A stretch of DNA of 64,000 nucleotides from a candidate division WOR-3 bacterium. GTDB taxonomy: Bacteria; Hydrothermota; Tepidihabitantia; Tepidihabitantales; Tepidihabitantaceae. Below the pieces are notes generated by a model. The model saw only the letters and a list, made by a program, of their open reading frames with translations. It did no database searches and was not told the origin of the DNA. Location: the NCBI GenBank assembly GCA_024653355.1, contig JANLFQ010000003.1:6931-70930 (forward strand), given 5' to 3'. The position numbers and the translations under genes were made by a program. Positions 51,061 through 60,684 of this stretch are shown one piece after another; the first letter of the stretch is position 1, and each line of letters starts with the position of its first letter.

Positions 51061-53526
51061 ATGAAAAAGTTTCTGACAACTTTTATCGTTTTAGCCGGGG
51101 CGGCGGTGTGTTTTAGCCAGCCCCGCAGTGGTATGGGGTCATTGCCGAGAACTGGAATCATCCGGGGTCAGGTGACTGATGCCCAAGAGGGAATTCCGAT
51201 TGAGTATGCGAATGTGGTGCTTTACCGGATGCGCGACACAACTCAGCGGTGGATGGCGGGGATGGACACCAACCGGGTGGTGAGCGGAACCGTCACTGAC
51301 GCCCAGGGCCGTTTTGTTCTGCGCGAGTTGCCACCGGGCCGGTTCTACCTTGAGGTTTCGTTTATCGGCTACAAGACCCGAAGGGTAGAAGACATCCGGC
51401 TTGCTCCGGATGGCAATATCGATCTGGGACGGTTGACAATTGAACCGGCGGTAATCTCGATGCCCGGTGCCGAGGTGACGGCGGATAAGCCGCGGATTGA
51501 ATACAAGATTGACAAAAAGATTATCAATGTGGCGCAAGACCCGGCGTTGCAGTCGGGAACAGCGGTTGATGCGCTGGAAAAGGCGCCCGCGGTGAAGGTT
51601 GATATTGAAGGGAATGTTACGCTACGGGGACTTTCCAGTTTCACGGTTCTGGTTGATGGCAAGCCATCGGTAGTTGATGGTAGTGAAGCGCTGCAACAGA
51701 TTCCGGCGTCAACGATTGAGCGAATTGAGATTGTGACCAACCCTTCGGCGAAGTTTGACCCGGAGGGCAAGGCGGGAATTATCAATGTAATTCTGAAAAA
51801 GCAGCGGGCCAGCGGTTTAAGCGGGGTTTTGAATCTGAACCTCGGGAACAACGCCAGTTACGGCGGGAATTTGCTCCTGACCCTGCGCCAGGGTATCGCC
51901 ACATTTTATTTCAGCCCGAACTTTAACCAGATGAACTTTCCCGGTAACAGAGTTGTTAACCGCTGGGTCGAAAGGGACGGAATCAGGTACTTCAGCAGTT
52001 CCACCGGCACGATGAACTTTGGTCGGCAGTTTTACGGCATCAGAATTGGTGCCGACTTTCAGCCGAATGCCAACAACTACCTGAGCCTCGGCACCCGGTT
52101 GGGAGGAATGGCGGGAACGCGCTCCCAGGAGGCAGATTACGAGGAGTGGCGATCAGGGGCTGAAGACACTACGAGGTACCGGGGAGTTACATCTTCGACG
52201 GACAGACACCCTCAGGTGTCGGCTTACCTTGAGGCAAACCACAACTTCGGTAAGAAGGACCATAAGGCGACAGTAAGGTTGAACTACAGCGGTAACTGGC
52301 GTAACGGGTCGGATTGGTCTGAAAACCGGATTGGGGATAGCGTTTTTGACGGCAAGATGACGACTGATACCCGGAATGGCAACCGTTTAGACTGGAAACT
52401 GGATTACAGTTTGCCCTTGCGGGAAAAGGACCGGTTGGAAGCCGGTTACCAGGCACGGTTAAGGCGCATGAGCCAGCGGACGACATTCGCCCAGTTTAAT
52501 CCGGCGACCGGCGGTTATGAGTCGCTGGCGCAGTACAGCCACAGAATAATTCAGGGTGATGATGCTCAGGCGATTTATTCCAGTTACAGTTTAAACTGGC
52601 ACGATTTCGGCGCGATGCTGGGCTTGCGCACCGAGTTCACGGGCCGGAGCACAACCGTTGACAGCGCGGCGATGACGCCGGTATATCGCTGGGACTTTTT
52701 CCCCAGCGCTCATCTCTCATACAGTTTTCCCCAGGAACGGCAGGTGATGGCAAGTTATACCAGAAGGATTGACCGGCCGCGGGGCTGGGATTTGACTCCG
52801 GAAACGACCTGGATGGATGCCAACAATGTGCGAACTGGCAACCCGGCTCTTTTACCCGAGTTTATCGACTCCTATGAGGCAGGGCTGGTTTTCCCGCTAG
52901 GAAAACACCGGATATCTCTTGACGGTTACTATCGAGTAACGCACAATGTGATTGAGCGGTTCCAGCGGGTGTGGCAGGGTGCGGTGCTGCTCAACACGGT
53001 GGAAAATGTCGGTACCGAGTATGCGCTTGGTTCGGAGTTCAATCTTGACTTTGCCCCATTTTCTTTCTGGAACATCACCCTGAACGGTGACATCTACGAC
53101 CAGCGACTCAGAACCGTGCTGCCGGAAGCCCAGAGCACCGCGGGCTTTAACTGGGAGGGAGGAATAACTACCGATTTTACTTTGCCAACAATGACCCGGA
53201 TTCAGCTCTCAGCCCGATACGAGAGCCCGCACGCCACCGTCCAGGGAAAAGAATCCGGTCGTATCTGGACCAGTGCCGGAGTCCGGCAGGTGCTCTTCAA
53301 CCGGCAACTTTTGTTGAGTCTGTCGGTCCGGGATATCTTTGCCCAATCGTTGCACGAGAGCGAGAATCAGGGGGAAAATTTTTACTCTTATCACCGTTTT
53401 GCCCGCCGGGCGCCAACCGTTGCGCTTGCACTAACCTATAACTTTAACAACTACAAACCGGAAAGAAGGCGCCAGAACCAGGATAACGGTGATGAGGAGC
53501 TGATGCGTCCTTACGACGAGTACTGA
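51061..53526 (+). CDS. outer-membrane beta-barrel / TonB-dependent-receptor-like protein with carboxypeptidase-regulatory-like N-domain
   Basis: ATG 51061 (MKKFLTTFIVLAGAAVCFSQ). CarboxypepD_reg-like GIIRGQVTDAQEGIPIEYANVVLY...FIGY. Plug-like region (LRG....VLVDGKP), then a long amphipathic-strand region. Confidence 0.7.
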   Translation: MKKFLTTFIVLAGAAVCFSQPRSGMGSLPRTGIIRGQVTDAQEGIPIEYANVVLYRMRDTTQRWMAGMDTNRVVSGTVTDAQGRFVLRELPPGRFYLEVSFIGYKTRRVEDIRLAPDGNIDLGRLTIEPAVISMPGAEVTADKPRIEYKIDKKIINVAQDPALQSGTAVDALEKAPAVKVDIEGNVTLRGLSSFTVLVDGKPSVVDGSEALQQIPASTIERIEIVTNPSAKFDPEGKAGIINVILKKQRASGLSGVLNLNLGNNASYGGNLLLTLRQGIATFYFSPNFNQMNFPGNRVVNRWVERDGIRYFSSSTGTMNFGRQFYGIRIGADFQPNANNYLSLGTRLGGMAGTRSQEADYEEWRSGAEDTTRYRGVTSSTDRHPQVSAYLEANHNFGKKDHKATVRLNYSGNWRNGSDWSENRIGDSVFDGKMTTDTRNGNRLDWKLDYSLPLREKDRLEAGYQARLRRMSQRTTFAQFNPATGGYESLAQYSHRIIQGDDAQAIYSSYSLNWHDFGAMLGLRTEFTGRSTTVDSAAMTPVYRWDFFPSAHLSYSFPQERQVMASYTRRIDRPRGWDLTPETTWMDANNVRTGNPALLPEFIDSYEAGLVFPLGKHRISLDGYYRVTHNVIERFQRVWQGAVLLNTVENVGTEYALGSEFNLDFAPFSFWNITLNGDIYDQRLRTVLPEAQSTAGFNWEGGITTDFTLPTMTRIQLSARYESPHATVQGKESGRIWTSAGVRQVLFNRQLLLSLSVRDIFAQSLHESENQGENFYSYHRFARRAPTVALALTYNFNNYKPERRRQNQDNGDEELMRPYDEY

Positions 53527-53646
53527 GCGTACCAGTTCAAGGTAGAATTAATCTCTCGTTTCTGACCAGGGGCCGGTTTCGGGGTGGAAAAGGGAATCGG
53601 GCAGTGCAAGCAACGCGTTAGCCAGATAGTGCCGGAGCGCAGTGGT

Positions 53647-54261
53647 TCAGAGTGGTAACTCTTCAAGGAGGCGGTTAATCGTTTCGAGGGCAAAGCCGCG
53701 GCGGGCAAGGATACCGGCAAGGCGGCGTTTTTTTGTCTTCCCGTCCAGTTTCCGGTACCGGGGCAGGAAGTGCTCTAACACCATCTGTGCTGCCGCTGTT
53801 TCGTCCGGTGCCGCGACGAGGGCGCGGTTGATCAGTTCTTTTGCGATGCCGATTTTTGTCAGTTCCTGCTGGATGCGCCATTTGCCTTTGTGTCCGATGG
53901 TAATGCGGTCCTGGACATAGCGCCGCGCCAGTTTTTCGTCATCCACCAGCCCGGTTTCCTTAAACTTTTTAATAACCGCTTCAATTACCGCCGGGGTCCA
54001 GCCTTTCTTCTCCAGCCTTTCCCGGAGTTCTTTTTCCGACCGTGCCCGGTAGGAAAGGAGGAGCAGGGCATACTCCCGGCATTTGCGGAGTTGTTCGGCG
54101 AGAACGACATCTTCCAGGAGTCGGGCATCAACCCGTGCCCCTTCTTTGAGCCGGAACTGTTTTACGGTTTCCCGGTCAAGGGAGAAGGCGAATTCGCCGT
54201 CAACGAATACCGAAACCCTTTTTTTACTTCTTCTTTGGGGCTTGAGCCCGGTTATCTTCAT
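53647..54261 (-). CDS. recX: RecA regulator RecX
   Basis: Directly downstream of recA with a 38-nt overlap. Three-repeat helical pattern ([24 protein letters not shown]..., [15 protein letters not shown]...). Confidence 0.8.
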   Translation of the reverse strand: MKITGLKPQRRSKKRVSVFVDGEFAFSLDRETVKQFRLKEGARVDARLLEDVVLAEQLRKCREYALLLLSYRARSEKELRERLEKKGWTPAVIEAVIKKFKETGLVDDEKLARRYVQDRITIGHKGKWRIQQELTKIGIAKELINRALVAAPDETAAAQMVLEHFLPRYRKLDGKTKKRRLAGILARRGFALETINRLLEELPL

Positions 54262-55270
54262 CCTTGAACTTAGGACGGCCGAGTTTTAATTTTTCTCTTA
54301 GGGCGGTTTCTATCCGGGTGGCAACATCTTTATGGCTTTTAAGAAACTCAACCGCCGCATCCCGGCCTTGACCCAGTTTTGTGGTGCCGTAGGTGAACCA
54401 GGCACCGGATTTGTCGATGATACCCTGTTCAACACCGATGTCGATCAGTTCTCCTTCCCGGGAGATGCCTTCGCCGTAGATGATGTCAAATTCTGCCTCG
54501 CGGAAGGGCGGGGCGATTTTGTTTTTCACCACCCGAACCTTGGTGCGGGAGCCAATTACCTGTTCACCCTTTTTGAGCGCAGCGATGCGCCGGACATCAA
54601 GCCGCACCGTAGCGTAGAACTTCAATGCCAGTCCGCCCGGTGTCGTCTCCGGATTGCCGAACATCACGCCAATCTTGTGCCGAATCTGATTGGTGAAGAT
54701 GGCACAGGTGCGGGATTTGTGGATGACGCCCGCCAGTTTGCGTAACGCCTGGGACATCAATCTTGCCTGAACACCAACAAAGGCGTCGCCCATCTCGCCC
54801 TCAATCTCGGCGCGGGGCACGAGCGCGGCAACCGAGTCAATGACAAACAGGTCCAAGCCACCAGAGCGGGTGAGGAGTTCGGCGATTTCCAGCGCCTGTT
54901 CGCCGGAATCGGGCTGGGAGACCAGAAGGTCTTTGAGGTTGACACCAAGTTTTTCGGCATATTTCGGGTCCAGGGCATGCTCGGCGTCGATGAAGGCGGC
55001 GGTGCCACCCAATTTCTGACACTGGGCGATGATTTCAAGGGCAAGGGTTGTTTTGCCCGAGGATTCGGGACCAAAAATCTCAACGATGCGACCTTTGGGA
55101 ACACCGCCAACTCCTAAAACCATATCCATCGCCAGAGAGCCGGTGGGGATAACATCGATGTCAATGACTGCGCCCTCTTCGCCCAGACGCATTACCGCCC
55201 CTTTACCAAACTGCTTTTCAATCTGACCGAGCGCACTGCTCAGCGCCTTAACCTTTTCTTCTTTTGCCAT
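54224..55270 (-). CDS. recA: recombinase RecA
   Basis: [34 protein letters not shown] and [12 protein letters not shown] are canonical RecA sequences. Confidence 0.97.
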   Translation of the reverse strand: MAKEEKVKALSSALGQIEKQFGKGAVMRLGEEGAVIDIDVIPTGSLAMDMVLGVGGVPKGRIVEIFGPESSGKTTLALEIIAQCQKLGGTAAFIDAEHALDPKYAEKLGVNLKDLLVSQPDSGEQALEIAELLTRSGGLDLFVIDSVAALVPRAEIEGEMGDAFVGVQARLMSQALRKLAGVIHKSRTCAIFTNQIRHKIGVMFGNPETTPGGLALKFYATVRLDVRRIAALKKGEQVIGSRTKVRVVKNKIAPPFREAEFDIIYGEGISREGELIDIGVEQGIIDKSGAWFTYGTTKLGQGRDAAVEFLKSHKDVATRIETALREKLKLGRPKFKDEDNRAQAPKKK

Positions 55271-55323
55271 AAAGCCTCCGGTGGTTTAATTTCATCTCCT
55301 GTCCTGTCCAGTATAAAAATACC

Positions 55324-55770
55324 CTATGGCAAGTCAAGGTTAATTTTGTTTGCCGCCCGGAGTGTTGCCTTTTCCAGGTCGTAGAGGGTAAAGCGGACTT
55401 TTTTTATCCTGCGAGCGTAGCCGGGGAGGTCGATTTTCAACACCTCCTCCAGCACCCGTGCCGCCTCCTGGGTGCGTTTGAAATTGGCAAACAGGACATC
55501 GTTCAGGCTCTGCCGTTTCAGGCGGTCAAACCGGTCACTCCGGCCCGGGTCCTGTTTACTGTTACGAAATTGCACGACCGCACGGCGCAATCGGGTGAAC
55601 TCCTTCCCGAACCTGGTACGCAGTTGGCGGATTCGGTTTAAAAGGGCGGGTTCGTTTATTGTCAGGCGGGTGATGTCTTCAATTACTTTCAGTCCTTCGC
55701 TTAGCCGGTTGAGATTGGCGTCAACAATCCTGCCAACCGCGGGCGACAGGTCATTTGCCCTTTTTGGCAT
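55324..55770 (-). CDS. stand-alone domain resembling the N-terminal extension of some thiamine-phosphate synthases (function unknown)
   Basis: RIVDANLNRLSEGLKVIEDITR and QEAARVLEEV resemble the helical N-domain fused to ThiE in Thermotoga/Aquifex-type enzymes. No catalytic domain is present. Confidence 0.4.
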   Translation of the reverse strand: MPKRANDLSPAVGRIVDANLNRLSEGLKVIEDITRLTINEPALLNRIRQLRTRFGKEFTRLRRAVVQFRNSKQDPGRSDRFDRLKRQSLNDVLFANFKRTQEAARVLEEVLKIDLPGYARRIKKVRFTLYDLEKATLRAANKINLDLP

Positions 55771-55837
55771 TTGTTAGATTATAAGGAAATGCCCGGCGCA
55801 TGCAACGCCGGGCAAAATCGCAGTGGGCTGGCGCCGA

Positions 55838-55999
55838 TTAACCGCCGCAGCAGCAGGAACGGTACGGTTTGTCTTCGCCTTTTTTCTTCATCGGTTTGTC
55901 GCAGCAGAGAATAACGCAGTCGTCGCCGCAACCGCAGGGTTTGGACACGGTAACTTCCAGGCCGCATTCGGTGCAGTAAAGCACATCGTCTTTTTTCAT
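55838..55999 (-). CDS. 53-aa desulforedoxin-like Cys-rich protein (below ORF-track cutoff)
   Basis: AGGAGG lies 7 nt upstream of the ATG (55999). It encodes MKKDDVLYCTECGLEVTVSKPCGCGDDCVILCCDKPMKKKGEDKPYRSCCCGG. C..CG...V.V....CC...M matches the Fe(Cys)4 desulforedoxin core, with 6 extra Cys. Confidence 0.6.
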   Translation of the reverse strand: MKKDDVLYCTECGLEVTVSKPCGCGDDCVILCCDKPMKKKGEDKPYRSCCCGG

Positions 56000-56057
56000 A
56001 GTGACCTCCTTTATATATCAAGTTTACTTGCGCGCCGCCGGTTGTCAAATACGCCCG

Positions 56058-56894
56058 CTAAGGCAGCGTCGTCCAGATGTCCAGCCCAAGATAGTAGTCG
56101 GCGATACCACCACCTTTTGACATTGATTTCAAGGGCAGGCTGAACTTGGGCCGAACGGTGAGTAGGGGCAGCGGCTGGTACATAAGGAGGAAGGTTAAAT
56201 TGGTTCGGCTCAATTCGCTGTTGGCAACGGGTGTACCGTTGACCCTTTTTTGGTCCTGCCAGTAGCCGGTAAGCGCTACCTGCGGGGTGAGTTTGGGGAT
56301 GACCGGAAAGTCCAGACCCGCCATATATTCAAACATATTGCCCAGTTTTGTCGAGTCGTTCGTTTTGCCGTTGAGCCAGTAGGCACCGCGCAAATGGCCG
56401 ACGAGAAATAAAAGTTTGGTAGTGTTGAATGCCAGCGCCGCGGCAAAGTCGGTTGAGCCGTCACCAAGTGCGGGCGCTGCGTCTTTGTCACCGGTAGGAA
56501 GCGAGGCACCAATGGACAGGGCACCTTTGACCGGCAGGAGCGGAAACTGCAAAAAGCCGTAGCGGGCAACGACGAGCACATCGCCGATACCGCTCGAATG
56601 GAGTTCACCCTGCTTTTTGTCCATAATCGGCACAACCCCACCCAGTTCAATTTTGAAGGGCAGCCCGAGGCTGGCGAGGATGTCCGCGGACAGGACATTA
56701 AGGCTCGGGTCAAATTTGTTGAAGCGGTTGTTCGTCCAGTCGTACAACTGATTGTTCTGGTAATAGGTCAGTGTTGCCCAGGCGAGGACCTGAAAAGGCT
56801 TGTTGACCGCGCCGGTGCGAATGATAAGGGGTGTTGCCTGAACATCAGCGGTTAGAAAAAACAGGACAAGAACAGCCGGTTTTATCAGTTTCAT
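56058..56894 (-). CDS. outer-membrane beta-barrel transporter (MetA-pathway/phenol-degradation-like family)
   Basis: Signal peptide, GIGDVLVVARYGF and LGDGSTDF motifs, alternating amphipathic strands. Confidence 0.5.
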   Translation of the reverse strand: MKLIKPAVLVLFFLTADVQATPLIIRTGAVNKPFQVLAWATLTYYQNNQLYDWTNNRFNKFDPSLNVLSADILASLGLPFKIELGGVVPIMDKKQGELHSSGIGDVLVVARYGFLQFPLLPVKGALSIGASLPTGDKDAAPALGDGSTDFAAALAFNTTKLLFLVGHLRGAYWLNGKTNDSTKLGNMFEYMAGLDFPVIPKLTPQVALTGYWQDQKRVNGTPVANSELSRTNLTFLLMYQPLPLLTVRPKFSLPLKSMSKGGGIADYYLGLDIWTTLP

Positions 56895-56958
56895 TTTTCC
56901 TCCTTTTGTTTACGCAAACACTATACCGTTGATTGAACAGAAGGTCAACCTCTGCGAT

Positions 56959-56986
56959 TTGACACCCGACGGTTCGTGTCTATACT
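56959..56986 (+). promoter_or_regulatory. candidate promoter abutting the start codon of 56993 gene
   Basis: TTGACA (56959-56964), 16-nt spacer, TATACT (56981-56986), then 6 nt with no SD before GTG 56993. Confidence 0.4.
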
Positions 56987-56992
56987 CTTTTT

Positions 56993-57682
56993 GTGCGGCG
57001 GTTGATTGTAATCGCGGTATTCACCCTGCCGGTCTTTATCCGGGCACAGGCGCCAGAAGGGTGGCTGGTGCCGTTTGGCTGTGCTTTTCAACCGGACATC
57101 GCCGATTTCAATAACGCCTTTGTACAAAGGGGTCTGCCCGGTGCGGCGGAGCGCCATTTTGGCTGGGGAATAGAGTTAAGGTCGGGCATCGGGGGCGGTT
57201 TTCTTGCCGGTCCGATGTTTTTCCGCACCTATAACGATGTGGAGAACGATAGGTTTCATCTGCGCACCGAGCACACCGGTATTATGGCGGAACTCGGTTA
57301 TAAACTGCCGTTGTTTAAGTTCCTTACCATCGTGCCGCTCGTCGGTGTGGGTGGTGTTCAGCCGGGCTTTCACATCCGGGAAAAGACCAATGCGATTTCT
57401 TTGGACTCTTTGCTGCAGGCACCGGGCAACACCGCGGTGCTCTCACCCGGGATGAAAATCACCGGTCTTGGCGCCCTGGAACTTCATCTCCTGGTGCCGA
57501 CCAATACCGGCAGTTATGGCCTTGCACTACGGGGTGGGTATCTCTACTCGCCTTTTCGTCTTGACTGGCATCTGGCGAACGGGTCGCGGATTTTTGGTAC
57601 ACCGGACAGCAAAATTCAGGGGCTGTGGTTTTCGGTCGGGATAACCTTGATTCCCGCACCGGAGGTTGCGACATTAGAATGA
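56993..57682 (+). CDS. outer-membrane beta-barrel protein (hypothetical)
   Basis: Signal peptide MRRLIVIAVFTLPVFIRAQA, followed by Gly/aromatic-rich alternating strands. Confidence 0.5.
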   Translation: MRRLIVIAVFTLPVFIRAQAPEGWLVPFGCAFQPDIADFNNAFVQRGLPGAAERHFGWGIELRSGIGGGFLAGPMFFRTYNDVENDRFHLRTEHTGIMAELGYKLPLFKFLTIVPLVGVGGVQPGFHIREKTNAISLDSLLQAPGNTAVLSPGMKITGLGALELHLLVPTNTGSYGLALRGGYLYSPFRLDWHLANGSRIFGTPDSKIQGLWFSVGITLIPAPEVATLE

Positions 57683-58488
57683 GAAACCGGTTGTTTTTAA
57701 TTGGTGGCGGTGCGATTTTTGCCCTGACCTGTGTTCTTGCCTACCGGCTGGAACTACCCGAATTGCATACCAAGCCAGCACAGCTGGTGTCAATGCTAAA
57801 TGTTACCAGTCACAACGGTGCGGTAACGGCAAACACCACCGCGGATACCCTTGTTGCGGTGTTGGTAACCCGTTACGCCTATGGCAGAGACAGTAGCGAT
57901 GCCCGCAGGCGTGTTGAGCAGGTTGTTATCACCGATACGCTGGTCGGGGATAGCTGGATGCTCAATGCAGAAATTCCCGCCGCGACCCAGCCAATCGGTG
58001 CGGTTTTTGACATTCAAGCCCCGCGCACCGTTGATTTGAACATCACGACGAGCAACGGTAAGGTTACGGTGAACGGTTTTGAAGCCGATGTTGGGGTGGT
58101 CACAACCAATAGCCCGGTAATTTTCACCGGGACAAAGGGTGATGGCACAATCATCACGACCAACGGCAAGGTCACGGTGCAGGTCCATTCCGGGGCAATG
58201 ACCGTTCAGACATCAAACGGGGAAATAGATTGTGATATCGCCTATCTACCGGCAACGAAGTCGGTGCAGTTGACAACCACCAATGCCAAGGTTACGCTGC
58301 GTCTTCCCCCTGATGTTTCGGCGCTGGTTACGGCGACGACGACAAACGGTACGGTGGTGGTCACCGGTTATCAGGTAGAGTATCTGGAACAGAGTAGAAG
58401 CCGAATCCGGGCGAAGATTGGCTCGGGTGCTTCAACAATCAACATCAACACAACAAACGGCGACATTTTAATTCAGTCCCGTTATTAA
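57679..58488 (+). CDS. DUF4097-like (putative adhesin, beta-helical) membrane-anchored protein
   Basis: ATG 57679 (MRNRLFLIGGGAIFALTCVLAY) overlaps the upstream stop by 4 nt. Repeats: TSNGKVTV, TTNGKVTV, TSNGEIDC, TTNAKVTL, TTNGTVVV, TTNGDILI. Confidence 0.6.
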   Translation: MRNRLFLIGGGAIFALTCVLAYRLELPELHTKPAQLVSMLNVTSHNGAVTANTTADTLVAVLVTRYAYGRDSSDARRRVEQVVITDTLVGDSWMLNAEIPAATQPIGAVFDIQAPRTVDLNITTSNGKVTVNGFEADVGVVTTNSPVIFTGTKGDGTIITTNGKVTVQVHSGAMTVQTSNGEIDCDIAYLPATKSVQLTTTNAKVTLRLPPDVSALVTATTTNGTVVVTGYQVEYLEQSRSRIRAKIGSGASTININTTNGDILIQSRY

Positions 58489-58503
58489 ACAAAGGAGGAA
58501 AAA

Positions 58504-58842
58504 ATGGCAGAAGAGAAAGGTCTGGTAACTCATCTGACCGATGAAAATTTTGACCGCGAAATCAATAACTCCACCGTTCCAATTCTGGTTGATTTCTGGG
58601 CACCCTGGTGCGGTCCCTGCCGGATGCTGGCACCGATTCTGGAGAAGATTGCGGCACGGTTTGAGGGTAAATTGAAGGTGACAAAGGTCAATGTGGATGA
58701 GAGCCCCGGGGTTGCGGGCAGATTTGGCATTATGAGCATCCCGACCCTGATTTTGTTTAAAGAAGGCAAGGAGACCGAGCGGATGGTTGGAGCAATGCCC
58801 GAGGGGATTCTGGCAGAGAAACTGACGCAGTTGCTGGGTTAA
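58504..58842 (+). CDS. trxA: thioredoxin
   Basis: PILVDFWAPWCGPCRMLAPILE...KVNVDESPGVAGRFGIMSIPTLILFK is canonical. Confidence 0.95.
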   Translation: MAEEKGLVTHLTDENFDREINNSTVPILVDFWAPWCGPCRMLAPILEKIAARFEGKLKVTKVNVDESPGVAGRFGIMSIPTLILFKEGKETERMVGAMPEGILAEKLTQLLG

Positions 58843-58854
58843 AACATACCGATT

Positions 58855-60246
58855 ATGGTTTTGCCCCGGGTTGTTACCCGGTTGAAAGAGATTTGTGCGG
58901 CGCAGCGGGTGATAACCGACCCGGAAAAACTAGTTGACTATAGCCACGATGAGGGTCCGGAAAAACCCCACCTGCCGGATTTGGTTGTGAAGCCGGTAAC
59001 GGTTGCTGAGATTAGCGAGATAGTCAGACTGGCGCAGGAGGAGAAAATTCCGGTGACACCGCGCGGCCTGGGCACCGGTCTGGCTGGGGGCGCGGTACCA
59101 ATCGAGGGTGGTATTGTACTGTCAACCGAACTGATGGACAAAGTGATTGAGGTTGACGCGGACAACCTGATGGTCCGGACTCAACCCGGGGTGAGAACCG
59201 TGCGGCTCCAGGAAGTTTGTGCCGAGTTTAATCTTTACTATCCGGTGGACCCGGCATCGCTTGACGACTGTTCAATCGGCGGCAATGTTGCAACCAATGC
59301 CGGTGGTGCGCGGGCGTTTAAGTACGGCGTGACCGGCGATTATGTAACCGGAATACAGGCGGTGCTGGCAGACGGTTCGGTGCTTAATTACGGCGGAAAG
59401 TTGAGAAAGAATGTCACCGGCTACGACCTTAATAAACTCCTTATCGGTTCCGAGGGTACCCTGGGTATCGTCACCGAAATCACCTTCCGGCTCGTGCCCA
59501 AGCCCCGTTATCAGGTTGACCTGTTAATCCCTTTTCGGGGTCTGCATCTCGGGGTGGAACTGGTGTTGCGGCTGGTAAAAGAGAAACGGTTTGTGCCGGC
59601 GGTGATTGAGTTTATTGAGAGAAAGGGGATAGAAGCCTGTGCCCAAGTGTTTCAGGAAAATCTGCCGTTTAAAGAGGCGGCGCTACAGGTCCTGGTTGAA
59701 GTTGAGGGTAGCGAAAAGGAGGCGGTGCTGGATGATGCCCTAACGGTAGCACAGATGGCAAAGGCACTGGGTGGCGAAGAGCCGCTCATTGCCGACAATC
59801 AAGCCAGTCAGGCAAGGCTGTGGAAAACCCGGCGTTCAATTGCGAAAACATTGAAACAGGTCTATCCAGAGGTGATGGCAGAGGATATCGTGGTGCCGCT
59901 GGCGCGCCTGCCCGAGACGGTTGAGTTTATCACCAAACTGGAAAAACAGTTCCAAACCGTAATCGTGCCTTTCGGTCATATCGGCGATGGCAACATCCAT
60001 GTTGACATCTGCCGGGACAGTGATGACCGGGCAAACTGGCAAAAAACCTGCGCCCGGATTGTTGACCAGTTGATTGAGTTTGTTGTGAAGGTCGGGGGGC
60101 AGATAACTGCGGAGCACGGTATCGGTTCACTCAAAAAGCATCTTTTGAAAAAAGGGCTTTCCGAGGTTGAGATTAAGGTTATGAAGGAGATGAAACGGGC
60201 GCTAGACCCGAACGGTCTCTTAAACCCGGGCAAAATATTTCCCTGA
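58855..60246 (+). CDS. FAD-linked oxidase (GlcD / D-lactate dehydrogenase family)
   Basis: IPVTPRGLGTGLAGGAVP, NVATNAGG, GSEGTLGIVTE and C-terminal GQITAEHGIG...LDPNGLLNPGK. Confidence 0.8.
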   Translation: MVLPRVVTRLKEICAAQRVITDPEKLVDYSHDEGPEKPHLPDLVVKPVTVAEISEIVRLAQEEKIPVTPRGLGTGLAGGAVPIEGGIVLSTELMDKVIEVDADNLMVRTQPGVRTVRLQEVCAEFNLYYPVDPASLDDCSIGGNVATNAGGARAFKYGVTGDYVTGIQAVLADGSVLNYGGKLRKNVTGYDLNKLLIGSEGTLGIVTEITFRLVPKPRYQVDLLIPFRGLHLGVELVLRLVKEKRFVPAVIEFIERKGIEACAQVFQENLPFKEAALQVLVEVEGSEKEAVLDDALTVAQMAKALGGEEPLIADNQASQARLWKTRRSIAKTLKQVYPEVMAEDIVVPLARLPETVEFITKLEKQFQTVIVPFGHIGDGNIHVDICRDSDDRANWQKTCARIVDQLIEFVVKVGGQITAEHGIGSLKKHLLKKGLSEVEIKVMKEMKRALDPNGLLNPGKIFP

Positions 60247-60275
60247 GATAAGAGTTAATACATTTAGACCCCGAT

Positions 60276-60304
60276 TTGACCCGAAAGTTCACATATCATA
60301 TAAT
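60276..60304 (+). promoter_or_regulatory. consensus sigma70-type promoter with no obvious gene
   Basis: TTGACC (60276-60281), 17-nt spacer, TATAAT (60299-60304). The next credible start codon (alaS) is about 380 nt downstream. Confidence 0.5.
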
Positions 60305-60329
60305 CTATTGAAAACCGGTTGATTGGCTG

Positions 60330-60353
60330 CCGGATACAGTCCCGGATACGGTC
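60330..60353 (+). repeat. tandem 12-mer
   Basis: CCGGATACAGTC followed by CCGGATACGGTC, head to tail, about 20 nt after the predicted TSS of the orphan promoter. Confidence 0.6.
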
Positions 60354-60647
60354 CTCTCCCCCCTTCCGGGAATAGTAACCATCGCCATCACAACCTATGC
60401 TTTATGTGCCCGGACCATAGCCATCATACAATCATTAATAACCACCGATTTAAGGTGAATTTACCCTGATAGTCGCAGTAACATTTTCCGTCTATCATCC
60501 CTTTATGTTGAGGGGTTAAGTTGTCGAACGGAAGTTTGTTAGGTGCTGCTGGGGCTCGTTGGGTGAACGGCAACGGCGGAAGCGAATTAGGTTGACGATA
60601 GAGAGCGGGAGATGAAATCTTTTGGCGCCACAGCGTTAAGTCAAAAG

Positions 60648-60675
60648 TTGCCTGAGATTTTTTTGTCATTACAAT
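60648..60675 (+). promoter_or_regulatory. candidate proximal promoter abutting the alaS start codon
   Basis: TTGCCT (60648-60653), 16-nt spacer, TACAAT (60670-60675), then 9 nt (AACAGCAGT, no SD) before ATG 60685. Confidence 0.4.
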
Positions 60676-60684
60676 AACAGCAGT

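Noticed and set aside
55779-56143. Listed 89-aa (minus) and 106-aa (plus) ORFs over the desulforedoxin-like locus.
   Set aside because: Neither has an SD or recognisable features. The SD-preceded 53-codon frame on the minus strand explains the region better.
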